Assembly (NCBI GenBank): GCA_034780895.1
Contig: JAUZTB010000107.1
Span: forward strand, 77,362,169-77,426,168
From: Rhynchobatus australiae
Lineage: Eukaryota
Direction: 5' to 3'
DNA: 64,000 bases
Position numbers and translations under genes: made by a program. Shown piece after piece: positions 24,471 through 39,060 of the stretch (position 1 is its first letter; every line of letters starts with the position of its first letter). Under the pieces are notes generated by a model. It made no database searches and was not told the DNA's origin. It saw only the letters and a list, made by a program, of their open reading frames with translations.

Positions 24471-27400
24471 CAGCTGGAGGATGNNNNNNNNNNNNNNNNN
24501 NNNNNNNNNNNNNNNNNNNNNNNNNNNNNNNNNNNNNNNNNNNNNNNNNNNNNNNNNNNNNNNNNNNNNNNNNNNNNNNNNNNNNNNNNNNNNNTAAAAA
24601 TATTTCCTTAATTTGAGAAGTCCTGCAAAGCGTATTTGTCTTACTGCACTGGTAGATTAGTTCAGCTAATTTGATTCCTGCAATTTTACTATTTAAAATT
24701 GTAAGACTTGGTTAAATAATTGATTTATGCAGGGCTNNNNNNNNNNNNNNNNNNNNNNNNNNNNNNNNNNNNNNNNNNNNNNNNNNNNNNNNNNNNNNNN
24801 NNNNNNNNNNNNNNNNNNNNNNNNNNNNNNNNNNNNNNNNNNNNNNNNNNNNNNNNNNNNNNNNNNNNNNNNNNNNNNNNNNNNAAATTAAAACTATAGA
24901 TTATCCTTTAATTTACAAATGCACTCAATTTTTTTCAGCCAAAAGTTGAAAGACATGAATCTATTGGTGAATATTATTCAATGAAAAAAGTGCAGCAACA
25001 TTTAATATAAGGTCTGCAGTTAAACACAAATGTTTACTTCCTTCCATATGGCCTAATGTTTCCAAGGGGACACAATAATCACATTCATTTTATCTTGTTT
25101 AAGAACACTGCAAACAAGAACAAATTTAAAGGCAGCCACTCATTTAACTGCCACTGATCCAAATTNNNNNNNNNNNNNNNNNNNNNNNNNNNNNNNNNNN
25201 NNNNNNNNNNNNNNNNNNNNNNNNNNNNNNNNNNNNNNNNNNNNNNNNNNNNNNNNNNNNNNNNNNNNNNNNNNNNNNNNNNNNNNNNNNNNNNNNNNNN
25301 NNNNNNNNNNNNNNNNNNNNNNNNNNNNNNNNNNNNNNNNNNNNNNNNNNNNNNNNNNNNNNNNNNNNNNNNNNNNNNNNNNNNNNNNNNNNNNNNNNNN
25401 NNNNNNNNNNNNNNNNNNNNNNNNNNNNNNNNNNNNNNNNNNNNNNNNNNNNNNNNNNNNNNNNNNNNNNNNNNNNNNNNNNNNNNNNNNNNNNNNNNNN
25501 NNNNNNNNNNNNNNNNNNNNNNNNNNNNNNNNNNNNNNNNNNNNNNNNNNNNNNNNNNNNNNNNNNNNNNNNNNNNNNNNNNNNNNNNNNNNNNNNNNNN
25601 NNNNNNNNNNNNNNNNNNNNNNNNNNNNNNNNNNNNNNNNNNNNNNNNNNNNNNNNNNNNNNNNNNNNNNNNNNNNNNNNNNNNNNNNNNNNNNNNNNNN
25701 NNNNNNNNNNNNNNNNNNNNNNNNNNNNNNNNNNNNNNNNNNNNNNNNNNNNNNNNNNNNNNNNNNNNNNNNNNNNNNNNNNNNNNNNNNNNNNNNNNNN
25801 NNNNNNNNNNNNNNNNNNNNNNNNNNNNNNNNNNNNNNNNNNNNNNNNNNNNNNNNNNNNNNNNNNNNNNNNNNNNNNNNNNNNNNNNNNNNNNNNNNNN
25901 NNNNNNNNNNNNNNNNNNNNNNNNNNNNNNNTTATTTTTTTTGTTTCAGTTACTGATAAGCAGCTCCAATAAAACAACAGGGGTAAGTGTATCATGTGTT
26001 TCTTTTGGAAATTTTCCAGTACGGCTATGACAATCATTCCTAGTAAACAGCCAACATGACGACCTCTTCCTTGAGTTACTGCTCAGCACACAATATGTTG
26101 AGGGTGTAGAGGGGCAATATCCCCATAAGACCAATCCCCCACTCCTTTTGCACACAATGCACAGTTCTAGACAATGCTACAAAACAGGCAGGTGTTTGCA
26201 AATTACAAGATGACAGCAAAGAACTGATGCAGTTGCATCTGTTGTATCATTTTCTGGCCTAAGTATAGCCTACACTACTCATCCTATCTGACCAGATAAA
26301 AGGAAGTTCTGAGTTTGCTAAATGTTAAGCTGTTTTTAAACAAAACCGGAATCTTTTAAGTTTCAGGAAGCCAGCCATAAACCTGTCTGACAATTCCTTT
26401 ATATTTCTTTTGCTTCCTGCACCAAAGTAGCCTCAGCAAGTTCTCCGCAAGGAAACTCTCGTCTGAGGACTAACCAGCTAATGTTATAGAGTCAGGGTCA
26501 TAGAGATATACAGGAGAGAAACAGACCCTTCAGCCCACTAAATCTATGCCAATCATCAAACACCAATTTTCACACTAATCCTACCCTAACCCATTTTNNN
26601 NNNNNNNNNNNNNNNNNNNNNNNNNNNNNNNNNNNNNNNNNNNNNNNNNNNNNNNNNNNNNNNNNNNNNNNNNNNNNNNNNNNNNNNNNNNNNNNNNNNN
26701 NNNNNNNNNNNNNNNNNNNNNNNNNNNNNNNNNNNNNNNNNNNNNNNNNNNNNNNNNNNNNNTGGGAATTTGCCACACACATGACCAGTTTAGTTAGTTT
26801 TTGGGGTTAATGGTTGAGGTTTAACATTTTTACTTCTAACGTTCTAACATTTTTACTTTTATTTTACTTATTATCGTAAGTAGTTATTAATAAAGTAGTT
26901 TTTGTTGTTGCTGGTACGTAACACATCCTTGCCTACAGAGTGAATGTGGAACTTGCCACCACAGAGGGTAGTTGAATAAATAGGATAGATGCAATTAAGA
27001 GAAGTTAAATAATCATATGAAGGAATAGAAGACCATGAGAGTGAGATGAGGAAGGATGACAGATGCTTCAGTGGCCTCATAAGTGGACTGGCTGAGCTGA
27101 ATAATCTGTTTCCAAAGTGCTTATTTCAGGTAATCTTTACGATTCTATGTAACAAAAAATTGGGAAGTGGATCATTCCTTCCAGTAAGAGCCAGCCGACA
27201 AATGTGAGGAAACAGTAACAGCATCAGAATATTCCCTAAAGCACTCAAATAGCATGAAGCAAGTTCTGGAATGTCCCATTGCTCACCTGCAGAATCACAT
27301 GTGCATATTGGACCACATCTTCCAACAACTTGCAAGCTTCAAGGTCACTGACTGCACGTCATTGGGAGTCCGCTCTTTCTTACAGTGGGATCCAGGCCAC

Positions 27401-29334
27401 AGTCTCTCAGGGGAGGCAGCCTATAGTGGATCAATTGAGTAAATATTAAGTTTCATGTAATGATTGCAGTCGGTTGAAATTTCACACAACTTAATTAAGT
27501 ACAATGTTGTGATGCTTCTATTCCTCAGCATGACCAGACTTTGGTCTGTAAATATCAAAACTCCAACTGGAATTAACTCTTCCAGTGCTTTATAAATGGC
27601 TGGTAGATTTGTCTTGTATAAACCTTAGGTGCTGGAAATGATCTGGACAGACCATTTTGAAAGTTCCCATGGCAGAATTATGAAACTACCCTGCTGGAAG
27701 CATTGGATTTGACTGAAATATCATTCCAAGTTCATAGTGTAAAAATAGAACCAACTGGAGCACATTTCCATGCATTTTTTTTATGCCTAGCATCAGTTGC
27801 ATAGGTAATGATATCATTGGTCACGCAGTGTAAGGTTCTTCCATTGCCAGCAGAAATTGGCAATTTTGTTATTAATTCTGGAAAGAAAAAGCAAGGAGAA
27901 CGTTACTTGGAGTTTGGGAATTTGACAGCAATTAAAGAGTCCATAATATCTCTTCAATAGATTGCACAGATCACCTCTCAGCCTCATTTTTCAATAGCTA
28001 GCATTATATAAAATAACGCAGTGAAGTTCCCTTCACTGCTCATGCATTTTGTTTTGTTGCAGTCACTGTGACTATTGATCACTGGGAGTCAACTGGACCC
28101 CTTGATTAGGTCCCATTCCAGACACACTATAGAAAGTGGACTCCCAAATTTTCTCATGTCAATCTTTTTTGCTACTGTACTGTGGCTCTGTGGAGAGAGT
28201 TCTTCCTGCAGAGGGAAAGAAAATATGTAATGTTGAGTACCTGAGAGGGTTAATCTTCACAGGTGGAAAGACAATGGTGGTGCATACTCACAGTCTTCAG
28301 TCAATTAGCAGTCAGACCTCAAACATCTACAGGGATAAAAGGAACAGGAGAAAAGATTAGAGATAGGGAGGACAATGTAAATTCTCTCCTAGGCCCCCTG
28401 AAGAAAGGATTCAGAGACAGTCAGACACCAACAGGAATGCAAATAAAATAAGGGACATGCTGGGAATTAGTCCCATGATAGAAAGGAAGGAATTTGTAAA
28501 TGTCGCATTTTCATTCAATTGCCTGTGTCTTTGTGTACTTGTGCATTATTTTTCTGCTTGTTACACATATCAAGGAAAAGTAATTATTCAAATAAGGGGT
28601 CAAATATAAATGTATGTGATCCAGGCAGAATTAGCAACGTGTTCTATTTTAAAGAACTTAAAGATGTTTCAAAGAATGCAGAACTATTTACTCTTTGCTC
28701 TGACTTCCACGAAAATTATCTGGGGTACCACCAGTCTCTGAAAGCCATAAATGAAAATGAAATTTTCCCCTGATTCTCGAAGAGTGCTATCTTAAATGCT
28801 CCTTTGTTTAGAAACATAATTGAAGAAAAATGGTATGGAAATGACCATCAAATTTTCAAATAAATTGTTTTTGGTTTTAAACTTTCTTCTGCACATTGCT
28901 TAGCACCAGTAAACAAATAAACCATGAACATTACATCAGAGATCAACATGAAGCAGTAATTATAGCACTCCTACAGATCTCTGGTGATACAATGAGGTCA
29001 ACAAGTCACATCTGCCAAATATTTACTGGAAATAAAATAAACCATGAGAAAACACAACAATTTCTAATTCTCCCCTACATCTCTGAAGTACACTACTGTG
29101 TACTAGGGTACAGTTCCAAATAATCACCTTCCATTCCTCATGTCTCTGCTGAAACAGATAGTGTGGTCAGGCTCTTGAACGACAGGCAAACAGGCTGAAG
29201 ATCTAAATAACTGCATCTTTTCCCTGTAGATTCTGGTCTTCTATTCACTGGCTTAATTGGCTGAGCCGTTAGGGGAAGTGAATTTGTTACAATCTGAAAG
29301 ATTGTAGGATTGTTTCAATAATGCAGGTGGAATT

Positions 29335-29441
29335 TGGTATTGGTTTATTATTGTCGCTTGTACCGAGGTACAGTGAAAAACTTGTCTTGCATACCGATCG
29401 TACAGGTCAATTCATTACATAGTGCAGTTACATTGAGTTAG
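29335..29441 (-). mobile_element. Rex1/Babar 3' end running into a gap
   Basis: Reverse complement matches the 3'UTR at 20580-20616 (TGCACTGTGTAATGAATTGA) and ends in AATAAACCAATACC. Confidence 0.6.
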
Positions 29442-30743
29442 NNNNNNNNNNNNNNNNNNNNNNNNNNNNNNNNNNNNNNNNNNNNNNNNNNNNNNNNNNN
29501 NNNNNNNNNNNNNNNNNNNNNNNNNNNNNNNNNNNNNNNNNNNNNNNNNNNNNNNNNNNNNNNNNNNNNNNNNNNNNNNNNNNNNNNNNNNNNNNNNNNN
29601 NNNNNNNNNNNNNNNNNNNNNNNNNNNNNNNNNNNNNNNNNNNNNNNNNNNNNNNNNNNNNNNNNNNNNNNNNNNNNNNNNNNNNNNNNNNNNNNNNNNN
29701 NNNNNNNNNNNNNNNNNNNNNNNNNNNNNNNNNNNNNNNNNNNNNNNNNNNNNNNNNNNNNNNNNNNNNNNNNNNNNNNNNNNNNNNNNNNNNNNNNNNN
29801 NNNNNNNNNNNNNNNNNNNNNNNNNNNNNNNNNNNNNNNNNNNNNNNNNNNNNNNNNNNNNNNNNNNNNNNNNNNNNNNNNNNNNNNNNNNNNNNNNNNN
29901 NNNNNNNNNNNNNNNNNNNNNNNNNNNNNNNNNNNNNNNNNNNNNNNNNNNNNNNNNNNNNNNNNNNNNNNNNNNNNNNNNNNNNNNNNNNNNNNNNNNN
30001 NNNNNNNNNNNNNNNNNNNNNNNNNNNNNNNNNNNNNNNNNNNNNNNNNNNNNNNNNNNNNNNNNNNNNNNNNNNNNNNNNNGTAGACAGGTGCATGTAT
30101 GTACACTGCCTCCTTTCCTGAAGTCAGTGAATTTAAAAGGAAGTAGAACGCATTTCCTCAAGGGCCTTACTCTACGTCATCTTAAGATATTCATGTTAAC
30201 TTAAAACTTCAATATAAAACTGAAACCATTGGAAGGAGCTTTTCGCTCCCCCTTAAGTGGACATACACCAATGCTAATGCTATCCTGTAACAGGCCAATA
30301 GGAAGTCCTTAACGACAGATTGGGCAATTTTACTTCCTCCTTCAGAAGTAATTGGGCTGCAGTTGCTTCCTTCTTCTCCAGCGTAAACAGGATATCACTG
30401 CATAGCCCTGCCTCCTGTAAACCTTCAACTTAACACCACCGAAGTTTCACCTCTTCTGCTCCTTAGAATAAGAATTCTTACACAGCCAGAAGAGTGCAAA
30501 AATTCTTCAGACAGGCTTATTCTTAGTCTGCCATTGCAATGTATTCTACTTTTTGTTCCGAGGGCTTCATGCACATTAGACATCTCAAAATTTTAAGTCC
30601 CAGTATCTACTTCAGTTATTGTCACTAATAATATGCAGATTAGATGAGATTATAGAAAATATAATAATTTAAAATGCCCTGTAAATGATCTCAAAATTAT
30701 AAAATGGCATGATTTTAATCTACATGATGTGTAATATATTAAT

Positions 30744-30760
30744 ACACACACACACACACA
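30744..30760. repeat. (AC)n microsatellite
   Basis: About 8 AC units read directly. Confidence 0.9.
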
Positions 30761-33700
30761 AAAGCAGTATTAAGATACTGCTTAATATATTCATTAAGCA
30801 GTATTCAACTGTCTTATTAATGTGCCAGTGTAAACTGTTATTGCCTTTAGATAGGGTTATTACAGATAAATAATAAATTTTCAAACTGTTGTAAATATGA
30901 TAAATTTTTGAATAACACTACAGCCTGCAAAACTCCAAATGGACACCATTCACAAAGACTGTAGCTCCTAAAATGCAAGTTACAAATCCGACAAGAAAAA
31001 AATAACTTTGACAAGTTAGATTTTACTATTCAGTATTAAAACTTAATATTTTTTTGAGATTCTAAGAATGTTGCTCTTACTTTTATTTCAAAAGATCCTT
31101 TCTTTGAAGAACACTGAACGTGGCCAAAATGCTACAGACGAAAGAGATTTCAATTTGCAAAGGTACTGGCAGGGAAAATTTCACAAGTGCTCTTACAATA
31201 TCAATCCAAATTATGTTATGAACAATCAAATCTACTTAAATCTTCAGCATTTAATTACATTGCAAGCAGTCAAATCTGGGTTTGTTATTTTAATCTGATG
31301 ATTAAACAATGGGTGGAAATGAACATTCCCTTTAGCATGATGAAGACGAGGTTGCTGTAAAACAAGGGAACGGTATCACTCAATCAGCATCCATCCTACA
31401 AACCCATAGAAATTGTTGCAAAAGGAACTCTCTAAATAAGATACCGGAGTTGTGCAATGCTCAGGTTGCCTCAGGAATGATTTTTTTGTAGCAAACCTGG
31501 GCACTGAAGAAAGTAAATTTATTTTTGGGTTAAGATTTACAGCCTCTTTGGCAAGGAAAAGGAAATCTGTATGTTAAATTCTATCCTCCAAAACAAAAAA
31601 GAAAAATATTTATTCCTCTTAAACAAGAGGGATAAAAAAGCCTGAGGTTTTTAGTTCAACTACCCTGGCACGTACAATTCAACAGTTATCCCACCACATC
31701 ACTTTACTGTATGCTGAATGGATTTAAGTTTTCATCTCTATTAGTCTACCTGGAATATATTCCCAGTTCCAGTCACTCATTTTATAAAGCTGAGTTCATG
31801 CATATTTTGCCTTTTGTGGTGGTGATTATAGATTTACTTCACCAGAATCATTCAATACCTTGTATATATCTCAAAGATCTCTTTTAATCTTACAAAACTA
31901 TAAAGTGCCAGCTCATCCATTTTTTTCTAATATATCAATACTCCAATGTCAGTGGTTGGCCTTGTAGCCTCTCCTCGCATTGCATCTATCATCTATGAGC
32001 TTTAAAGTTTTGGTGACTAAAATTCATGGAGTTCACAGTATGATATAATTGGGTAATCCACAATTCCATCATAACAGCTCTGATTTACACCTGATTGATC
32101 AAAGATTCTAGAAGTGGGTTTAACCAAAGTTTATAAAATTACAATATCAACAGTGAAGACTGATTTACTCTGGCACGCAAAGGTGGCAAGGTTGTACAAT
32201 ATCTTGTATGAAGGATTAATGGAGCATGGAAAGACTTAGGTGGAGCTGATTGCAACAGTTATTTGAAACAATTGAAGATACGAAGCAATGGAGAGAAAAG
32301 CAGCAATAACGTGAGTATTCAATTACTCTCGCAGAAACTGCAGACTTGATGTATCAAACTGGTCACTCAGTGTTTTATTTATTTTGTCAATCTGTTGTTT
32401 CATAACAGAGTCTGTAGTTTTTCAAATGTGCCTGGATATTTACTGGAAAGAAAATTTTGCTAATGTTTAAGCGGTGAAAAATCACTTGTCACAAGCCAGG
32501 AAGTTGTCCATGTCCTGCTGTGGGCTATTTCATAATTGGAGGAATTGTGAATAAAGGCGAGTTATGATTGAAAAAAGTCACNNNNNNNNNNNNNNNGATT
32601 ATTATGCACCTCACAACCATCAGATTAAATCCGTATTTTTAAATAACATCAATCTCCACAAACTCTTTAGATAACAAATGTTTGCAATATTATTCAAAAT
32701 TTCTACTCCAGACCATTATATCCTTCTTTTAATCTGTTCCACAGTGTCCATCTTTAAATTTTAAATTATATTGTTTTTTCTTCCAGTACTTTTGCATTAC
32801 AACTCAAATTCCTTTAATCGCCACTCTTCCAGCTCCCAGAATAATGGCAGCTCTGCAATTTCACTTCAGAATAAAATTTCCCAGGTTATTGTGTGTACTC
32901 AGAGATAACTATTTTGGGATTGAACAAAAGGGCAGATGCATTTTGAGGAAGATGCTCTTCATCTGTTTCACTGGAGTGAGTGGATACATTAGTCACACAT
33001 TCAATGGTGAGAGTAGTACAGGCTGTAATAGTATGAGCAGCAGTCACTCAGGATGGAAGCAATTAGATTTTAGAAACCTGAGCATTCTATCTTTCTCCAG
33101 CTGGCAATTGTTCAGAGAGGAAACAAACATCTAAAGGAGAGAGGTTAGCACATGCCCTTGCAGAGAAAAAGAAAAGTTGCAGAAATTCTGTCAACCAGTT
33201 AGACACTAAGCCTGGGGACATTTGGTTGCTTGCCAATGCATCACGCGGTAATGTGCGAATGAGAAAACTGCCTAATACACTGCCATAAAAGCGCTTGCAA
33301 ATATTTTCTCATTTGTTGATGAATACACAGGAGAAATACACTGTGGAAATATTTCAATTGTACATTATGTAAATTATAAGATATAGGAACAGAATTAGCC
33401 CATTCAGCCCATTGAATCTGGCAAAGTCCTTTACATAATAAACTTTTATAATATTATTCCTTCAGGATTTCTACCTTCCCTGAAAAACTAGTTTGCTAGG
33501 ATTATTTTCATTAAGGTAGGAACCTTCTAAATCTTAATTTTTTTTAAAATGAGAATTACCAGTTCTTCTATGCTCTCTTCTCAATTGCTCCTGCTCATAT
33601 TCTTACTGTGTTAAGATCAAGACACATCCTGCAAATTATTCTTTTGTTTTCCCAGATCCTCAAAATTAAAGAAGACCTCACATTTCTCAGTGTTTCCACC

Positions 33701-34984
33701 CTCCCACAGGGGAAGAATCTGCAAGTTTAGATTTCTCTAAATACTGCAGTGCTAATTTAGTTTGCTTTTTGGTTTAGAAAGTAGCTGACATAATGATAAG
33801 AGGAATCATAAGAAGGAAAACACTGTTACAAAAGGAAAGAACATAATTTCAGCCATTTGATATCTGCTTATAATGACCTTATAATAACAGCAGGATATTT
33901 CTATTCAAGATATTGATTTGTCAGAATGAGTTTGCTCAGTTTTGGATCCTTTTTCTTTAGTTGTCATTGGTAACAATGATTCCTGCTCAATCAATGATGC
34001 TGATGTATGAATTTATTCACGAAAATTCCTAGAATAACATCATAGCCAAAAAAGTAAATGAGAAATGATTTTGGAATAATTACAGCCCAGTTTTTGATTT
34101 ATATATGCCAATCTTACAAACATTTCATACTTTAGATGTATGGAAGGTTACGTGATTTTCTGTGGCAGCAACACATTGTTATTTTTCATACCCAGGTTTG
34201 CCCTTTCAATGAAAGTCTTCACCTCTAAGTGAGCATTTAAATATTCATAAATCCAAAGGCCTCAAGAATTTTCAGAATAAGTCCAGATAAAGTTCCAAGT
34301 TTAGGATTTTCATCCAAAGGTACAAAATTCAACACTGCTCATTCCTGTCTATAGGGAAGCTGGTCTTTGAAAATGCCTTTGGCCAGCAGCCATGTTCGTT
34401 CTAAAGAATCACTTTTGACTTTCAAAGGAAAGGATATTTATTAAATTGTGACAGTGTAGTTAATTCCCATCCTGGATTTTCATATTCTGTTAGCAATATA
34501 TACATCTACAGAATTTTTAAGGCATTGTTACCTAAATATTCTGGAGAAACCACGTGTGTGATTGATGCCTGTTGTAGTGACAATACTAATAACCATGTCA
34601 AACATGTGCCCAGCGCAGTAATTTCAGTAATCCATGAGTGCATTAATGAAAGGGCTTTGGACACTTCTGTATTTGCACATGTGCAGTCCACAGATGCAGG
34701 GTTTGGCAAGCTCAGGGCTAATGATTACAGTCAAGAGCCATGGCACAAGTCACGTCAGCTAGAAAGGTGTGGAGGTGGAGGTACAATTGTCTGATAAACA
34801 GATGGTTGCCAGAGAAGAGAATCTCATAGATAAGGCTAAACTGGGTGGGGATATCAGGGGTCCAAGAATCCAGGATCGTGTACCTCATGGGAGATTGAAG
34901 GGCCAGGTGGGGCCTGTCACTTTGATGGATGGGAAGCAAGATTGGGGTAAGCTCAAAGGACATGTACTGGGCAATTATTTAAAA

Positions 34985-35225
34985 ATACAGAAAGTGGTGG
35001 GTGCCTGGAAAGCACTGCTGTGGGTGGTGGTGGAGGCAAATACAATAGAGGCATTTAAGAGGCTCTTAGATAGGTGCATGAATGTGCAGGGAATGGAGGG
35101 ATTACGGACATGGTGTAGGCAGAAAGGATTAGTTTTAGCTAGGCATTTAATTACTAGTCTGATTGGTTTAGGACAACATTGTGGGCCAAAGGGCCTGTTC
35201 CTGTGCTGTACTGTTCTTTGTTTTA
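34985..35225 (+). mobile_element. CR1 3' end
   Basis: QKVVGAW..L..VVVEANTIEAFKRLLD plus tail GTGGGCCAAAGGGCCTGTTCCTGTGCTGTA. Confidence 0.8.
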
Positions 35226-38200
35226 TTTCTAAGATTGAGGATTGGGAGGGACTGATGCTAACTAGTGGTAGGGTTGCCCAAAACATCAAAAATATCTATG
35301 GAACATACTTCAGTGGAGTCACAATCCAACACTGCTGTTTTTAAACATAGTTCCAGGAGTGCCCAATGATGGGCACTCCCAAGATGAGTTGTTCTGGTTT
35401 CACACCCCCACAACTGCTCAGTGGAACAGTTGCGCAGGATCTTGTGTATAGCTTACACAGAAATCATGTCAGGTGCACTGCAGGATGCACCAAATTTCAG
35501 ANNNNNNNNNNNNNNNNNNNNNNNNNNNNNNNNNNNNNNNNNNNNNNNNNNNNNNNNNNNNNNNNNNNNNNNNNNNNNNNNNNNNNNNNNNNNNNNNNNN
35601 NCTGCAGGATGCACCAAATTTCAGAGGGATGCAAAACAATTCACAAGTGGTTGTTAATATATTTCACTCTTAGTGGATTCAAATTTTCAGTTGTGTGACA
35701 CTGAAAATAAAAAAAAACTGGTCAGAGGTCATTACCTTATCCGGATTTAGAAGCGTGCAGACCAGCACAGGAGCAGGCCTTTTGGTAAAGTAACATCCTT
35801 TTCAGCTTTGTTGGTCTTTATTCCACCTCCTTTAAAGAATACATATATGGTATTCAAAAGCAAACTTTGTGTAGCATGAATTTTATGGCTCAAAATGACC
35901 CAATGTTTGTCCAATTCCAGAAGAAAGCAAAGACCTCATCTTGCTGCCATAGTATCATTGGCTTTTTAAGGTTTTGCCTTACCACAAGGTTGATAACTAT
36001 CATGGCAGAGTCAACAGCACTTCTGATTAGGAAATGGCTCAGCTGGCAAATATAGCAGCATGTATAGCAAATGAAATCCAGGCCTGGTCTTTGTGGCTTT
36101 TTGGTAAGCCATGCACAATGTGGCCATACCTTAACATTCTGCAAATGTGTAAAGAACCTTGCTAGCCAAAGCCACTCTGGTTCCACGCCTTTTCTATTAT
36201 AATTCAAGATGGAATCCTCTCTTTCAATTCTCCTCAAATTGTACAAGGTAGAGAATTACTTGAAAATATCTATTAGGGGGCAGAAGTACTGTGAAGACTA
36301 GTTCGAGTTGCACTTTTGGAGTATAATTTAATCTTGGAAGTTCATTCTCATTCTGAAATAGTGAAAGCAAAAAATGTTGAATGAGACCACATATGCCAAG
36401 TAAATATTAAAAAGACAGTATTTGCCCCTATTGTGGAATGGGCTCAGTTATAAAATTTGTAAATCCTAATTAATACAGTTATCTGTCACATAGTTTCCCC
36501 TGTGGTAACCCCATTCAATAACTAATTCTTGTAAACTGCAACAAGTTATTCTATTCCATTGGTAGAGTGAAAACTCAGTTACCAAGACTTTCTCTAGTAC
36601 AAAAAGTTTAGCTCATCAAAACAGCAGATTCTTACATCAAGAGTGAAGTTTGCTGATCCTTAAACATTGCCAGCTCAGAGAAAATCCATCATAAATGAGG
36701 CACTTTAAAAAACTTTATATACTTTAATTTACTCAAAATACCATGAAGTTCTGTGAAGTTTCTTGGATCTACACAAATGCTAACATTTCACAATGTTAGA
36801 ATGTAGTCTTAAGTTAGATTTATGGGCAGCAATTTTTGCAGAGCCTATTTTTATTTTAAAGCAAGTTTCCTACAACGGTTCCAACACAATAATATTAATG
36901 TTTAGCTTTAACATGGGTGACTGATGAAGCTCCCAACGTCATTGTTGCATATTTAGTTGCTTGAAATCAATTCCATCCATTTTGCCTCTTGGGCAATATG
37001 TGCATTAATTATTTTACTTGAAAAATGTTTCAATAATCTGCCCACATGGCAATTTCAGCACAAACACAAATCATTTTTCAAATTATATATAGGTGCAACA
37101 TCTATCAAAATACTGATACTGCTGAACTGTCAAATCTCCAGAGAAGCATCAATATCTTGCCAGATCCGTATTTATTGATTTTTTTTTATTCAAAAGTGTG
37201 ATTGATTTCACAAAACAAAAATGAGAATTTTTTTCCCTGATGTATTGGAAATAAAATAATAAGCTTCAACAAAATTTGCGTCCCTTCTCTAGGATATCAT
37301 AGAAAGGAAGCATATTGTCCTCCCATTTGTAAACAAGATTACAGCTTAAGGTGTGATATTAACTCACAGTAATTATCAGAGTGTTGGACTGTATGCAGTT
37401 TGCTGTCTTTATCACATATTAACTTAAATATCACAATGAAAGGACTGAATAGTTCTTACTATTGCCAGCATTACTGATAATAAATTAAATCATTGCATTT
37501 TACAATATTTACGGTTTACACCTTCATTGCATTTCCAGACTTATTTAATAACAGCATTGCACCAACAGCTGGAGACTGCTTTGATTTATGAAGCTTTGGT
37601 GTGGTATTGATTAAAACTCAATTCAAACATTCAAATAAGTAACTAAGTTTAAAATATCTGATTTTAAAACAAATTAAATTTTAAAAAAGGCCAGAGACCA
37701 TTAAGGTTATAAAATGAAGGCAGATCAGTACATGCACCAGCCAACTAATCCACTGTGGCGAGGCTATTTCTTGTAAACACTGCACGACTAGTGAGAATTT
37801 GGTTGGNNNNNNNNNNNNNNNNNNNNNNNNNNNNNNNNNNNNNNNNNNNTCAGACGCACTGGTGGCAAGTCCCAGGAAAAGAACAGGAAAGAGAGGAAAC
37901 CCATATTTTGGAGACAGTCAGATTTCAATGTAGAACTAAATAACATAACTCTTGGCCCAGGACTAAAAACTAAAAATACAGATCAGAAAAAACTATCCAG
38001 AGAGAAGAGCATGCAAAAAAAAGATCAAGCACATGTAAAGGGCAGGATGTTTCTCCCCTTTTGTTTGAACAGTAAAATGGGAAGTAGAATTTACTCAACT
38101 GGTTACTTGACATGCTTGCTTTTGCAAATTAAATCATCTGTATCTGGGCTTGTCTCACCAAGTATTTCTCATTCTGCCTTGAAATAATTGGAGAGGCACA

Positions 38201-38574
38201 AGTCAGGGCTCATGCCACTGATGCAGTATCCAGTTCCAGTCACAAAGAAGCCAGAATAGAAGTGAGAAATAGGAGCATAAATAGAAGGCCAATTAAGTCC
38301 TCTGGAAGGTCTTTGCTGATTTCTACCTCAACTCCATCCTCCCACACTAACTCTATGTCCTTTGATTCCCCCAGTTACCAAAAATCTAATTGATATCTGT
38401 CCTAAATACACTAAATGTCTATTCATTCACAGCTTCCTGGGGTAGAGTATTAAATAGAATTGTTGAAATTAACCTCTCATCTCAGTCCTAAATGGCTGAT
38501 TCTGAGATTGTGACTCCTAATTCTACACAATCCCCAGCCAAGAGAAACAAAATCCTCCAACATCCCCACTTGGG

Positions 38575-39060
38575 AATCACATTTTAGAAACTACGCAAAA
38601 GCTTTGAATAGAGTGCAAAATAGATCTAACAAAATGATTCCAGGGATGAGGATCTTCGATTGTCTGGAGAAGTTGGAATTGTTCTTGTTGAAATGGAAGA
38701 CATTGAAAGGGAATCTGAAAAAGATAATCAAGATTGTGTTCAGCGTAGGAGGAGAGAAACTGTTTACTTTTGAGGTCACAAACCAGAGAACACAAAATGA
38801 AGGTGACAGGCAAAATAACCCAAAATGACAAGGATTATTATTAAACACTTGCTTGATATGGTCTGGACTCCAGGAACGGGGATAGTAGTCGAGGCAAGTT
38901 CATATTTAGCTTTCAAAAGGGAGCTGAACTAGTATCTGAAAGTTAAGACTCCACTGGGCAATTAGGAAAGGGATTGGGAAGAGTTGGATACAACCAGTAC
39001 AAATGTGATGGGATAAACAGCTTCCTTCCATGCTGCAACCATTCTGTGATATGAATAAGA
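38575..39060 (+). mobile_element. Old CR1 3' fragment
   Basis: RVQNRSNKMIPGMR...LEKLELF...LKGNL, degenerate. Confidence 0.6.

Noticed and set aside
34769-35344. 191-aa ORF
   Set aside because: Chance fusion of flanking sequence with a CR1 3' end.
35486-35697. ATGCACCAA (MHQ...) as the VEPH1 start
   Set aside because: Continues MHQISEGCK with no similarity to the VEPH1 N-terminus.
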